Shown: positions 38,859 to 49,715, counted from the stretch's first letter. The stretch is 64,000 nucleotides of DNA from Gammaproteobacteria bacterium (GCA_965222615.1 CBDCUI010000009.1:1024001-1088000), one strand, 5' to 3'. Notes: generated from the sequence alone by a model not told the origin. Made by a program: numbers and translations.

Positions 38859-40835
38859 TTAAAATTCCTGCCAATCATGGTCTTCTATATCGCTCCCTGA
38901 AGTCTTTTGCATGAATGGTTTTGAGACTACAGAAACCGGTTCTGCTTTATCAGTTTTAGACGTTTCACTCCAAGGCCTATCTGCTGAACGTCTATCTTCG
39001 AATACATCATGATTTTGATTATCTGCATCCATGTATTTACTTACATTCATAGTGTCTTCATCGTTTACAGTAAAAAATCCTATCTGTTTACTCAATTCCT
39101 TTGCTTCTTTATTCATAGAGTCACTAGCAGCAGCAGCCTGCTCGACCAAAGCTGCATTTTGTTGTGTCATATCATCCATTTGCAAAATGGCTTTATTTAC
39201 TTCCTCGATTCCCCTTGCCTGTTCTTGACTAGAAGATGTAATTTCCGCAATGATACTGGTTACTTTCTTAACACTACCTACAATTTTTTCAAGCGTTCCC
39301 CCAGATTCATTCACCAATTTTGAACCTTCTTTAACTTTAACAACACTATCTTCGATGAGTTCCTTAATTTCTTTGGCTGCCGTTGCACTACGGCCGGCTA
39401 GGTTACGTACTTCACTAGCCACTACAGCAAACCCACGCCCTTGTTCACCAGCACGGGCTGCTTCTACTGATGCATTTAAAGCTAATAGATTGGTTTGAAA
39501 TGCAATTTCATCAATCACTCCAATAATATCTGCTATTTTTTTGCTTGAATCGTTGATTTCACTCATCGCATCCATTGCAGAGCCAACGACTTTGCCTCCA
39601 CTTTCGGCTTGTTCACAAGCATTAATCACAAGTTCGTTGGCTTGTTTAGCATTATCGGCATTTTGTTTCACAGCAGTAGTTATTTCTTCCATACTAGATG
39701 CGGTTTCTTCGAGATTTGCCGCTTGTTCCTCAGTACGTTGACTAAGGTTGGCGTTACCTTGATTGATTTCGTTAGACGATCCACTAACAGAGCTTGCCGA
39801 AGATTTGATTCTATTAACAATGCTGGAAAGTTTATTACAATACTTATTTGTTGCTTCCTGAAGTACTGCAAACTCACCTTCAAATTTACCTTCCACCCGA
39901 TCAGTTAGGACTCCATCAGCCAGTGATAATAAAACTCTACGAACTTCTTCAAAAATTAGTTCAACTCTTTGTTGTAGTAGTTTCTGTTCAGTAATGTCCG
40001 TTGCATATTTAACGACTTTGTATGGCTTATTGTTAAAATCAAAAATTGGGTTATAGGATGCTTGAATCCAAATTTCCTTGCCGCCTTTACCAATTCGACT
40101 ATATTCTTTGGCCTGAAACTCGCCTCGATTTAAGGCTTCCCAAAATTCCCTATATTCTGCACTCCCACTAAATTCTGGAGTTACAAATATAGAATGATGC
40201 TTACCCTGAATCTCATCTAAGCTATAGCCCACTACATTAAGAAAATTCTCATTGGCGGTAATTATGGTGCCATCCATATTGAATTCAATTACTGCTTGAG
40301 ATTTACTAATCGCAGCAAGCTGACTTTTGTAATCCGTATGTAGTAACTTCTGTTCAGTAATATCCGTTGCATATTTAACGATTTTGTATGGCTTATTGTT
40401 AAAATCAAAAATTGGGTTATAGGATGCTTGAATCCAAATTTCCTTGCCGCCTTTACCAATTCGACTATATTCTTTGGCCTGAAACTCGCCTCGATTTAAA
40501 GCTTCCCAAAATTGCCTATATTTTGCACTCGTACTAAATTCTGGAGTTACAAATATAGAATGATGCTTACCCTGAATCTCATCTAAGCTATAACCCACTA
40601 CATTAAGAAAATTCTCATTGGCGGTAATTATGGTGCCATCCATATTGAATTCAATTACAGCTAGAGACTTACTAATCGCAGCAAGCTGACTTTCGTAGTC
40701 GGCCAGTTTTAATTTGAGTGTATTTACATTTCCATTATCACCATGTTTTCCTTTACCACTTATAATTTTGTACCCATCTTTCTTATTACGTTTAGTTTGG
40801 TTACGAAATATGGACATATCAAAGTCTCCTTGCAT
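38859..40835 (-). CDS. Cytoplasmic PAS-PAS methyl-accepting chemotaxis protein (BdlA-like PAS)
   Basis: Two [27 protein letters not shown] domains; no TM; MA domain; pentapeptide DWQEF. Confidence 0.93.
   Translation of the reverse strand: MQGDFDMSIFRNQTKRNKKDGYKIISGKGKHGDNGNVNTLKLKLADYESQLAAISKSLAVIEFNMDGTIITANENFLNVVGYSLDEIQGKHHSIFVTPEFSTSAKYRQFWEALNRGEFQAKEYSRIGKGGKEIWIQASYNPIFDFNNKPYKIVKYATDITEQKLLHTDYKSQLAAISKSQAVIEFNMDGTIITANENFLNVVGYSLDEIQGKHHSIFVTPEFSGSAEYREFWEALNRGEFQAKEYSRIGKGGKEIWIQASYNPIFDFNNKPYKVVKYATDITEQKLLQQRVELIFEEVRRVLLSLADGVLTDRVEGKFEGEFAVLQEATNKYCNKLSSIVNRIKSSASSVSGSSNEINQGNANLSQRTEEQAANLEETASSMEEITTAVKQNADNAKQANELVINACEQAESGGKVVGSAMDAMSEINDSSKKIADIIGVIDEIAFQTNLLALNASVEAARAGEQGRGFAVVASEVRNLAGRSATAAKEIKELIEDSVVKVKEGSKLVNESGGTLEKIVGSVKKVTSIIAEITSSSQEQARGIEEVNKAILQMDDMTQQNAALVEQAAAASDSMNKEAKELSKQIGFFTVNDEDTMNVSKYMDADNQNHDVFEDRRSADRPWSETSKTDKAEPVSVVSKPFMQKTSGSDIEDHDWQEF
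39974..40700. repeat. Near-identical 366-nt tandem duplication encoding the two PAS domains
   Basis: TTCTGTTCAGTAAT at 39982 and 40348 (offset 366); roughly 15 mismatches by eye. Confidence 0.9.
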
Positions 40836-40920
40836 TTAGAATATATCTTAATTTTGTCTTCCAACATGGATATAAACATATGTTTTCCGATTACCACATT
40901 TTCTATATTATGTAGAACTG

Positions 40921-41454
40921 TCAAATAGCATCAGTGTTCACTAAATCTTCATCACATATAACTTTTTCAATAAAACTGTCCTCAATTAATTTCTCTACAT
41001 CTAGGAGTATCACAAGCCTTTCGTTAACTATTGACAATCCTTTTACAAAATCTATATCAACAGTACTATCAAATTCTGGTGAAGGTCGGATATCAGAATT
41101 TTCTATTCTATATACTTCTGAAACACCGTCCGCAACCATACCTACGGTACGTTGCTTTCCGGCAAGCATAATTTTAACAACAATTACAACTGTGTTAGAG
41201 TTAAAAGGAATTTCTGCTATTCCAAATCGTTTTCGTAAATCTATAATTGGTACAATTGTGCCTCGTAAGTTAATTACTCCAAGAATGCAACTTGGTGTAT
41301 TAGGTAGAGGAGTAACTTTGGTCCAGCCTTTTATTCCCTCTACACATAAAATTTCTACTCCGTATTCTTCCTCAGCAAGCATAAATGTTAAGTACTGTTC
41401 TGAGTCAGTATTACTATTTGCACCTTCTTCTTCTAGAACTTCTGTGGTAATCAT
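40921..41454 (-). CDS. cheW: Chemotaxis coupling protein
   Basis: QYLTFML..EEYG, GVINLRGTIVPIIDLR, GMVADGVSEV. Confidence 0.96.
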   Translation of the reverse strand: MITTEVLEEEGANSNTDSEQYLTFMLAEEEYGVEILCVEGIKGWTKVTPLPNTPSCILGVINLRGTIVPIIDLRKRFGIAEIPFNSNTVVIVVKIMLAGKQRTVGMVADGVSEVYRIENSDIRPSPEFDSTVDIDFVKGLSIVNERLVILLDVEKLIEDSFIEKVICDEDLVNTDAI

Positions 41455-41478
41455 ATTTGATCTCCGAAATCAATTAAC

Positions 41479-43296
41479 TTAAGCAGCGTTTTTCTGTAAT
41501 GCAATTTTATATTTTTTGCTTGATTTAAATTTCTGCACTAGACCAGATACATCGAGTATCAACGCAACTGTTCCATCTCCTAGTATTGTTGCACCAGATA
41601 AACCTTCGATATGTCTGAAATTGTCTTCTAAACTTTTGATGACAACCTGTTGCTGGTCTAGCAATTCATCTAATAAAATACCTACACGAGAACCATCAGT
41701 TTCAACTACTGCCAGCAATCCACTTGTTTTGTTTCCAACGTAGTTGTGTTCTTGATGATTAAAAATCTCACCTAAATGAACAATCGGAATATGCTCTCCA
41801 CGCACTTGATATACATCGCCCTGACCAGCAATTTTATTAATCTTCTTGGTTGAAATAATGACAGTTTCAACAATAGATAGGACTGAAATAATGTATGTTT
41901 CATTATCTACACGAACGAGTTGACCATCTAGAATTGCAAGAGTTAATGGAAGTCGTATGGTGAATGTTGAGCCAACACCTTTTTCGGAATGAATTTCAAC
42001 ACGTCCACCTAAATCCTTCACATTTCGTCGAACTACATCCAATCCCACACCACGACCCGAAAGATCACTAACCTCGTCACGCGCCGAAAGCCCTGGGTGA
42101 AAGATTAGATTGTTGATTTCATTGTCTGTAAGCTGCTCATCTACACCAACAAGACCTTTGTCACGAGCTTTAGCCAGAATTTTTTCCGTATTGATTCCTG
42201 CGCCATCATCTTCAATACGAATAATAATATTTCCGCCTTCTTGAGAAGCACTTAAGCGCAGTGTACCGATTTCCGATTTGCCTGCGGCTCGACGCACATC
42301 TGGCATCTCAATACCATGGTCAAGTGAATTTCTAACTATGTGTACAAGCGGATCACCCATTTTTTCTAATACGGTTTTATCCAATTCGGTATCACCGCCT
42401 TTGATTTCGAGATCAACTTTCTTACCTAATTGGTTACAGATATCATGTACTAATCGAGGAACACGATTAAATCTAAAACTGATGGGCAGCATGCGAATAT
42501 CCATTACATTTTCTTGTAACTCTCGAGTGTAGCGTTCCAAGCGATCAAGACCCTCCTCGAGTTCATTAAACGAATCAGGATCATATTCGCTGCCAAAGCG
42601 TTTAAGCATAGATTGAGTAATGACTAGTTCACTCACAAGATCTAGTAAAGAATCCACCTTTTCGATACTGACGCGAATTGATGAAGATTCTTTATTTGTT
42701 GTTTTTGGTGCAGGTTCCGATTTTGGTCTTGCTGTATTGGCAGTAGATGTACTCTTGGATACATCTTCATCTTTAGAATCTTCTTTAGAAGAGGTCTCAC
42801 TCTTTTCTAAACTTTCCACTTGTGTTGTTTCTGACTCTTCTGTATTAGATTCATCTTCCTCTTGATCGTAAGAATCTACAGATGAAGAAGCAGATTTTGT
42901 ATCTTCCTCTAAGGCACTGCTGATTTTCTTTTGTAATTCATCACCTGTTGACTCATCAATTTCTTGCTTGTTTTTCAATTGCGTCATTGTTTCACGCAAG
43001 TAATCAACAGATTTAAGGAGTAATTGGATATCATGTTTAGATACTTCCCGTTCCCCAGAACGCATTTCGTCTAATAAGGTTTCTACTACATGAGTGAACT
43101 CGGAAACCTGCATAAACCCAAATGTGCCCGCACCGCCTTTAATTGAGTGTGCGGCACGAAAAATATCATTGATGATTTGAGGATCGACCTCACCCTGTTC
43201 AAGATTCAACAGGCCAGATTCCATTACGTCCAACCCTTCAAAACTTTCTTCGAAAAAGATTTGGCTAATCTCATCTAAATCCATATCACTTCCCAT
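41479..43296 (-). CDS. cheA: Chemotaxis histidine kinase (apparently lacking the P2 domain)
   Basis: IFRAAHSIKGG (P1), SIRV, HIVRNSLDHGIE, SGRGVGLDVV, C-terminal CheW domain. Confidence 0.96.
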   Translation of the reverse strand: MGSDMDLDEISQIFFEESFEGLDVMESGLLNLEQGEVDPQIINDIFRAAHSIKGGAGTFGFMQVSEFTHVVETLLDEMRSGEREVSKHDIQLLLKSVDYLRETMTQLKNKQEIDESTGDELQKKISSALEEDTKSASSSVDSYDQEEDESNTEESETTQVESLEKSETSSKEDSKDEDVSKSTSTANTARPKSEPAPKTTNKESSSIRVSIEKVDSLLDLVSELVITQSMLKRFGSEYDPDSFNELEEGLDRLERYTRELQENVMDIRMLPISFRFNRVPRLVHDICNQLGKKVDLEIKGGDTELDKTVLEKMGDPLVHIVRNSLDHGIEMPDVRRAAGKSEIGTLRLSASQEGGNIIIRIEDDGAGINTEKILAKARDKGLVGVDEQLTDNEINNLIFHPGLSARDEVSDLSGRGVGLDVVRRNVKDLGGRVEIHSEKGVGSTFTIRLPLTLAILDGQLVRVDNETYIISVLSIVETVIISTKKINKIAGQGDVYQVRGEHIPIVHLGEIFNHQEHNYVGNKTSGLLAVVETDGSRVGILLDELLDQQQVVIKSLEDNFRHIEGLSGATILGDGTVALILDVSGLVQKFKSSKKYKIALQKNAA

Positions 43297-43509
43297 TTTA
43301 TGTAGGCTTTATTTCTGATAATCACTTATGTGAATACCTCATAATTACTAGCAACTAAATATAATTTTCTAAATGTATGTGAACCAATTCATTGAAATTT
43401 CATCACCAGCTACAAGCTATTTGTTGAAACGCAGGCCCCAATATGAAAATTTATTTGCTCGCTTTTGCCACTAAATTGACTAAGAACTCTTAATCTATAT
43501 CTGCCATAA

Positions 43510-43536
43510 ATATCGGCGAACACAATAAAAACTTTA
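43510..43536 (-). promoter_or_regulatory. Sigma28 (FliA) promoter for the cheA operon
   Basis: Minus strand TAAAGTTT-N11-GCCGATAT. Confidence 0.8.
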
Positions 43537-43710
43537 AGAGTGCTTCGGGGTTCATGCTTAGCATTCAAATATTCAAAAGCACGAAATACGAAAACATATA
43601 GCTTGTATTGACATCCTTTTAAACATTATTCATACAGCAGTGTCTGCCCACTAATTGATGTAACTACTAGGGCAAGCTTGAGACTGGAAGGTTTTATTAA
43701 ACAAATATTG

Positions 43711-44580
43711 TCAAGCAGCGACTTGCGTATTTTCAAATAGCAATCCTGCCATTTCAGAATATTCTTCTTTTACAATACTAAAACAACTCTCCACTATGGT
43801 CAGATCTGTGTCTAGTATTTTCCAGACCACTTCATTTATAGGTGGCCCTTGAGAGAGATCATCACAATCGACTTCAATTAATGACGCAACAGTGTTTGCA
43901 ATATGCACTACTGCTACTTGCATTGCATTGGGCAAATCTTCACTTGGAGCATGATGATAGCCAATACATACTTGTAATAGTTCAGGTAAATTCCAATTAC
44001 GTGCAAGCTCTATTCCAACCTCTGCATGATCATAATTAAATATACTTCTCTCGGCACTAGATAAATCCATACCATCATACTGATCCAAGCTAAGCTCAAG
44101 CGCCTTTGCAGAGTTTTTGGGTTCTAAAGTAAATAAAACTAAATGACCAATATCATGTAGTAAACCCGCGGTAAATAAGGCTTCTGCTGGATGTAATTTA
44201 ATGCTTTTAGCAATTGCACGGGCGGAAAGCGCGCACAATAAACTATGTTTCCAAAAATCTTCAGTTGAAATAAGATCGTTTGGAATATCATCAAAGCTAC
44301 TTTTAGCACTAATACTAAAAGCTAAATCGCGTACCTGCTTAGTACCGATACGAATTATTGCACCATTCGCATTCTCGATTGGTACAGCTGATCCAAAGTA
44401 TGCACTGTTGGCTAACTGCAATAATTTTGCCGTTAGTGCAGGATCTTGTTGAATGATACGCCCTAGCTCTTCTGTATCGCTAAGTCCATTATTTATCGCC
44501 TCATTAAACTGCGTGACCACAATGGGAAAAGAAATAAGATTATTTGTTTCTGAAATAAGTTCTTTGATTGTTTTTGGCAT
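43711..44580 (-). CDS. HDOD domain protein
   Basis: DPALTAKLLQLANSAYFG, FWKHS, AGLLHDIG, HAEVG..LA..WNLP, HH. Confidence 0.93.
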   Translation of the reverse strand: MPKTIKELISETNNLISFPIVVTQFNEAINNGLSDTEELGRIIQQDPALTAKLLQLANSAYFGSAVPIENANGAIIRIGTKQVRDLAFSISAKSSFDDIPNDLISTEDFWKHSLLCALSARAIAKSIKLHPAEALFTAGLLHDIGHLVLFTLEPKNSAKALELSLDQYDGMDLSSAERSIFNYDHAEVGIELARNWNLPELLQVCIGYHHAPSEDLPNAMQVAVVHIANTVASLIEVDCDDLSQGPPINEVVWKILDTDLTIVESCFSIVKEEYSEMAGLLFENTQVAA

Positions 44581-44614
44581 GATGTTTTATAAAATTTAGA
44601 CCCAACAAACATAA

Positions 44615-44641
44615 TTATCGGCCTAAGCAAGCAAATATTTA
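44615..44641 (-). promoter_or_regulatory. Sigma28 (FliA) promoter for the HDOD gene
   Basis: Minus strand TAAATATT-N11-GCCGATAA. Confidence 0.75.
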
Positions 44642-44834
44642 TTCTTAAACCAATTAATAACATAAATATGCATTTTTAATTAATCAGCCAGTATGTGTTT
44701 GTTTTACCAGCGATATTCTTTATATATCAATATGAATGGTGGTTTTTTCAGGACAAACAGTACGTTATCGCCATTTAAACAATTAGTAATATGGACGATA
44801 TAACTTATATTGTTAATTTATCTCTATAAATAGA

Positions 44835-45203
44835 ATGTTAAAAATATTAATTGTCGACGATAGCAGAGCTATGCGCATGATTGTAAAAAGAATTCTGCGA
44901 CAAATTGACATCGGCGAACATGACACGGTAGAAGCTGGCGATGGTGAAGAAGGCCTAAAACAGGTCAATGAACATAATCCCGATTTAATTCTTTCAGATT
45001 GGAACATGCCGAATATGAATGGCATCCAGTTTTTAGAAAAAGTACGCGAAGAAAATAAACAAGTAAAATTTGGATTTGTGACCACTGAAGGATCTTCAAA
45101 AATGCGTAGTCTTGCTAAAGAAACAGGTGCTAACTTTCTTATAACAAAACCATTTACACCAGAATCTTTTGAAAAATCAATCATGCCGGCATTGCAGCCT
45201 TAA
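44835..45203 (+). CDS. Single-domain CheY-like response regulator
   Basis: ILIVDDS, SDWNMP, FVTTE, KPF. Confidence 0.92.
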   Translation: MLKILIVDDSRAMRMIVKRILRQIDIGEHDTVEAGDGEEGLKQVNEHNPDLILSDWNMPNMNGIQFLEKVREENKQVKFGFVTTEGSSKMRSLAKETGANFLITKPFTPESFEKSIMPALQP

Positions 45204-45221
45204 AAATAAGAGAGTAAAAGA

Positions 45222-45683
45222 ATGGCTTTAGAATTAAGAAAAGTTAAAAACACTTTTGATCTATTATTTGGGAAAGATGTTGAAGTTCAAGAAGGCTCAT
45301 CAGTAAAAAATGAAGCCAATAGAGTAATAGGAACTTATAAAAATGATAACGGAGAAGAATGCGCTGCGATTGTATTCGACACACCTCTCGCCTGTTATTC
45401 CGGAGCTGCACTATCTATGCTGCCTGTAGGGGTTGCTGAAGATTGTATAAGTTCTGGCAATATAAGCGATATGATTTTAGAAAACATCCATGAAGTATTT
45501 AACATTAGTGTACGCTTTTTTTCTGATGGCACATCACCCGATATGCGACTTGGACAACTACTGGCAAACAAACAGGATATTCCAGACAACATATTAGAAA
45601 TATTGGAAAATGGCGCATCCTTGGATATTCAAGCAAATATCCCTGGCTATGGGTCAGGCTGCGCATCGATTTACAGAAATTAG
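45222..45683 (+). CDS. Hypothetical protein, possible CheC/CheX-like phosphatase
   Basis: Follows CheY-like gene; ExxN motif in ENIHEVFNI. Confidence 0.55.
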   Translation: MALELRKVKNTFDLLFGKDVEVQEGSSVKNEANRVIGTYKNDNGEECAAIVFDTPLACYSGAALSMLPVGVAEDCISSGNISDMILENIHEVFNISVRFFSDGTSPDMRLGQLLANKQDIPDNILEILENGASLDIQANIPGYGSGCASIYRN

Positions 45684-45720
45684 ATAAAAAACATCTCCAT
45701 TATAAATTTGTATTAAAGTT

Positions 45721-46491
45721 TCATATTCTATTAGCTTTTGGCTTATATAACCCTATTGCATTTTTGTATAGAACATTGGTTGCATGTTCTGGCCCCAATA
45801 CCTCGACGATGAGATTGTAATCTGAATCATTAAAAGGTCTTGTTGCTCGAGTAGACGGCAGATCTGTTCCAAACATTAACGCTTGAGGATTTGCAAAATA
45901 CAATTGATGCACTCGTGTACGCACATTAAAGTCAACACGTCCAAATCCGGATGCCTTTACAAAAATTCCATTTTCTACAAGTTTTAAAATTGTGCCAAAA
46001 CCTTCGGTAGATAAACCAAGGTGGTCAATACTAACTGCGGGAAGCTTTACGAGTACTTGATAAAGATCTCTAAGTGTTTCTGTCTCGGTGTACAACTCAA
46101 CATGCCATCCAACCATTTCATAAACACGCATTGCCATACTTTCAAGATATTTTAATTCTTCCGAACCACCACGTTTAAGATTAAACCTAATAGCACGGAC
46201 CCCTGCATTATTTAGTGTCAATATTTCTTTTTCAGAAACAGTTACGGGTAATTGGGTTACACCTACATAGGATGGACCTAACTTTTTTAATGCATCTAAC
46301 AAATAAGTGTTATCAAAGCCCTGAAATGAGCCAGAAACTACAGCTCCTCCACAAAGTGTGCATTCATGCAAGCGTTTTAAATAGTTATCACAGGTAAATT
46401 CATCAGGTAGATAACCATTATTTGGGGTCAGCGGGAAACGCTTATCAATGATATGAAAATGCGCATCAAAAAGTTTTAGGTTATATTTCAA
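45721..46491 (-). CDS. Amidohydrolase_2 family protein (2-pyrone-4,6-dicarboxylate hydrolase-like)
   Basis: DAHFH, GVRAIRFN, IDHLG, KASGFGR, FGTDLP. Confidence 0.85.
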   Translation of the reverse strand: MKYNLKLFDAHFHIIDKRFPLTPNNGYLPDEFTCDNYLKRLHECTLCGGAVVSGSFQGFDNTYLLDALKKLGPSYVGVTQLPVTVSEKEILTLNNAGVRAIRFNLKRGGSEELKYLESMAMRVYEMVGWHVELYTETETLRDLYQVLVKLPAVSIDHLGLSTEGFGTILKLVENGIFVKASGFGRVDFNVRTRVHQLYFANPQALMFGTDLPSTRATRPFNDSDYNLIVEVLGPEHATNVLYKNAIGLYKPKANRI

Positions 46492-46543
46492 ATAAAATAT
46501 TTATCTCAACTATTACTAATACATGTTTATAGATATTTCTAAC

Positions 46544-47125
46544 TTAAAGCTTATATGGTCTTTGTTGTTCGTCTTGTTCTGGCATCCGTAATATGCGTTG
46601 TTTTTCTGGCTTGCTCAACTCGGCTTGTAAATATTTCATCCTGTCTAAAATTGTTGGGGGTTTCTCAGCTTGGTTGCGAAGAAATCGAATTACTAAGGTA
46701 GGCCCTTTTGCTATCTCCGGATCAAGCCGCAATGCTTTTTGATAATCTTCAATCGCTTCCTCGTATTTGTCCATACGGTCATTTAAGATGCCACGATTGG
46801 CATAACTGGCAGCAAACTCTGGTTCTTGTTCGATTACATCGTTAAATACATTTAACGCTTCGTGATTACGTTCCAATTGCATTAATGAACGCGCAATTCC
46901 TCTCTTTGCATGAATAAAGTTCGGATTTTCGGCTACCGCTTGCTGATACGTTTTAAGTGCTTCCTCATACTTGCCATCTTCAAAATATTTGTTTGCGGCA
47001 TGATAAGCACCTTCACCAACAAATTTTTCACGAATGGCTCCATCATAGATTGACCATCCAATCCATGCGATGGTTAGAAGTAAAGCTACGCGTATTAATA
47101 CATTGTATTGAGCTTTTTCCATCAA
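46544..47125 (-). CDS. Membrane-anchored TPR protein
   Basis: N-terminal TM, three TPR-like units (YANRG..YEEAIEDYQKALRLDP). Confidence 0.85.
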   Translation of the reverse strand: MMEKAQYNVLIRVALLLTIAWIGWSIYDGAIREKFVGEGAYHAANKYFEDGKYEEALKTYQQAVAENPNFIHAKRGIARSLMQLERNHEALNVFNDVIEQEPEFAASYANRGILNDRMDKYEEAIEDYQKALRLDPEIAKGPTLVIRFLRNQAEKPPTILDRMKYLQAELSKPEKQRILRMPEQDEQQRPYKL

Positions 47126-47349
47126 GGTCGCAAACCAATACTTAAGTTGAATAGATATGAAAAAATAAGCACCACAAAAACTGCTAAGACACGAGCACGT
47201 TTTAATTGTGCTGCTGTTTCAGATTGCGATAATTCTGTGTTTGTTTTATTTTGTAAACGTCTGACACTCATTACCCAAATGAGTTTGCTTACTGGGAAAA
47301 ACAGTAAAGCCGCTAAAACCAAAAAAGACAAAAGAAAATAAATATTCAA
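47122..47349 (-). CDS. Small two-TM hypothetical protein
   Basis: LFFPVSKLIWVMSVRRLQ; overlaps TPR gene start. Confidence 0.65.
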   Translation of the reverse strand: MNIYFLLSFLVLAALLFFPVSKLIWVMSVRRLQNKTNTELSQSETAAQLKRARVLAVFVVLIFSYLFNLSIGLRP

Positions 47350-47415
47350 AATCTATTAATGGTTAGTTATTAGTATTCCACATAATACCGAAACCACCCA
47401 TAGCCAGCAGGAAAT

Positions 47416-47443
47416 AAAAAGGCGCACCAAATGGTACACCTTT
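47416..47443 (-). terminator. Intrinsic terminator after the symporter gene
   Basis: Minus strand GGTGTACC-ATTT-GGTGCGCC-TTTTT (two G-U pairs). Confidence 0.7.
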
Positions 47444-47473
47444 GCTCATCATTCAACCCACTTACTGTTGCTA

Positions 47474-49459
47474 TTAGGATTGATCAACCGCTTCGCGTTC
47501 TGAGATTTGTACATCGCCTATATCTTCGTAGAGCACTTCTATTTCCTTATCGGGCACGGTTGACATTCCCATTTTGTAAGCAAGAAACCACATCATAAAC
47601 ACACCCAATGCCCACCATAGTAGCTGCCATACCCATATCGATGGCATACCAAATATCCAAGTTGTAGCATCATTTGGATTACCAAATATAGTGTTGCCAA
47701 TTACGGCACCCGGACCAATTCCAAAAAAGAACCACACCAAAGTAATTATCCAAGCCAGAGGAATCAAATGACGACGATTAGCAATGGTCGAGGCAGTGTG
47801 TTCACGCAAATAGTTATGAAACTTCATTTTATGGGGCATATTGTTGCTAGCGCTGGACTGAGTTAATGCAGAAACAAGAATAGCAAGTCCAAAATTAAAT
47901 AATATTCCCCAACCGGCTGAATGTATGGTCCACGGCCACCTCCCCCATGGCATGAATTGTGAACCGATACTTTCCGTCAAAGTCACTGCAATCAAACCGG
48001 CAACTAGTCCAGTGACCACTCCTTGACGCGTCAACCACGGCCACCAGCATACTGCAATGAGTGCCGGCCACATTTGAAACCCATAGGCTACGGCAAGCCC
48101 GCCAAGTAACACCAATGCATCTTTACTGGTCGTTGCTACAATTAATGCAGCGATAACAATTACCACTACTCCCACACGGCCCCAAAAGATTTGTTGCCCA
48201 TGGCTTGCATGCGGCATGGCGTAACGTTTCAAAATATCGCGTGTCAACATACCCCCTGCTGTAGACATGTATGCCGCGCCAGTTGATTGCATCGCAGCTA
48301 AGGCACATACCGCTAACAAACTCACAAACCATGGCACCGAATCACTTAATAAATGAATTAACTGTGGAACTAGCATGCCTTGCTTACCTGCAGAATCCAT
48401 AAGGTCTTGGCCTTGTAAGCCAGCAGCCATTACATTGTTTACCAGTTCAGGATGAGCTTTTAGAAAAGCTAAATCACCACCAAGAAAATGGCCGCCTAAT
48501 CCCTGAAAGGCGGTAAACACCATAAGAATAAATCCAATTCCAAATGATGATGCCCACACTTGTTGAGGTCCAAATGGTCTTGGGTCGTTATTGGAAAACG
48601 CCCACATGGAGAACGCTGGTGCAGATTGAATACCCATCAGAGCAAACATGTAGGTCAAAATCATAATGCCTGTCCAAGCCCCACCGGTGGCAGAAGGCCC
48701 ATTACTGACAAATTGGATCACACCAGGAATTGCAATGTAGTGGCTGTAATCTGCTGGCGTTCTCTTTTCATCTATCGCAGCTAATGCAGCAATACCTTCG
48801 TTGAGCTTTGCAAAACCTCCTACATAATTCAGCGCAATAAAACCTATCGCTACAATTCCAAATGCCAATAAAATGGCTTGCAAGGAATCTACATAGGCAA
48901 CGGCTCGCAACCCTCCGGAGGCTACATAAATAATCACCACGATAGAAAGCATCCACATGCCGACATTGACACCAAGTAATCCATCGGTAAGTACGTTGAA
49001 TAAAAACCCAGAGGCTCTTAGTTGCACACCGAGATAAGGAATAGAAAAGACAAGCGCTACCAGTACAACTAACAGACGTATGGCATCCGATTTAAAATAA
49101 TTAGATAACATCTCGCCGGGTGTAACAAAGCCAAAGCGTTTTCCTAAAATCCATTGTCGTTTTAAAAAAATTACACCAGTGAAAGGAATTGTAATGGCAT
49201 AAAAAGAGGCATAGGCATATTGAAAACCATCTCGATATAGCAGACCCGGGTGACCCATAAAGGTCCAGCCAGAAAAAGACGTGGCGGTAGCCGCTAATAC
49301 AAATACCCAAATAGAAATTCCTCGACCGGCAATAAAGTAATCCGTTGCGGTCTTGGCCGATATTGCACACTTAACCCCCCAGAATATGCAATATGCCCAA
49401 TATAGGAATACAAAGAGAAAAAGCCAAACAATTTTAGCTTCCATGTGCACTCCCTCCAA
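47474..49459 (-). CDS. Sodium:solute symporter family protein
   Basis: DYFIAGR, ATSFSGWTFMGHPG, GGLRAVAYVD, AAMQST; many TMs. Confidence 0.92.
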   Translation of the reverse strand: MEGVHMEAKIVWLFLFVFLYWAYCIFWGVKCAISAKTATDYFIAGRGISIWVFVLAATATSFSGWTFMGHPGLLYRDGFQYAYASFYAITIPFTGVIFLKRQWILGKRFGFVTPGEMLSNYFKSDAIRLLVVLVALVFSIPYLGVQLRASGFLFNVLTDGLLGVNVGMWMLSIVVIIYVASGGLRAVAYVDSLQAILLAFGIVAIGFIALNYVGGFAKLNEGIAALAAIDEKRTPADYSHYIAIPGVIQFVSNGPSATGGAWTGIMILTYMFALMGIQSAPAFSMWAFSNNDPRPFGPQQVWASSFGIGFILMVFTAFQGLGGHFLGGDLAFLKAHPELVNNVMAAGLQGQDLMDSAGKQGMLVPQLIHLLSDSVPWFVSLLAVCALAAMQSTGAAYMSTAGGMLTRDILKRYAMPHASHGQQIFWGRVGVVVIVIAALIVATTSKDALVLLGGLAVAYGFQMWPALIAVCWWPWLTRQGVVTGLVAGLIAVTLTESIGSQFMPWGRWPWTIHSAGWGILFNFGLAILVSALTQSSASNNMPHKMKFHNYLREHTASTIANRRHLIPLAWIITLVWFFFGIGPGAVIGNTIFGNPNDATTWIFGMPSIWVWQLLWWALGVFMMWFLAYKMGMSTVPDKEIEVLYEDIGDVQISEREAVDQS

Positions 49460-49715
49460 AGTTTTTATGGTTGGCTTTTCAACAAGCGCTAGATTTATTA
49501 GCTATCCAATCAGTATGTAAAGAAATTGGCCTGTTTGCTAAACCGATTATTATTCAAGGGCACACTTTATACCCAAAATGCTTTCTAGCAAAATTATACG
49601 CCAGATCCTGCGCAAAGTGGCCGAGAATGATATGGAGCACTTAGACAAAACTACCACTATTTACATCATTCTAGGATAATGGAACATAAAATTTGTTAAA
49701 TATTTAGAGTAATTT

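Noticed and set aside
39974-40700. Diversity-generating retroelement TR/VR pair
   Set aside because: Both copies are in-frame PAS domains, mismatches are not confined to adenines, and no reverse transcriptase is present
40934-41482. 182-aa plus-strand ORF and the other ORFs nested within or antisense to recognised genes
   Set aside because: Shadow frames of confidently identified genes (here cheW)
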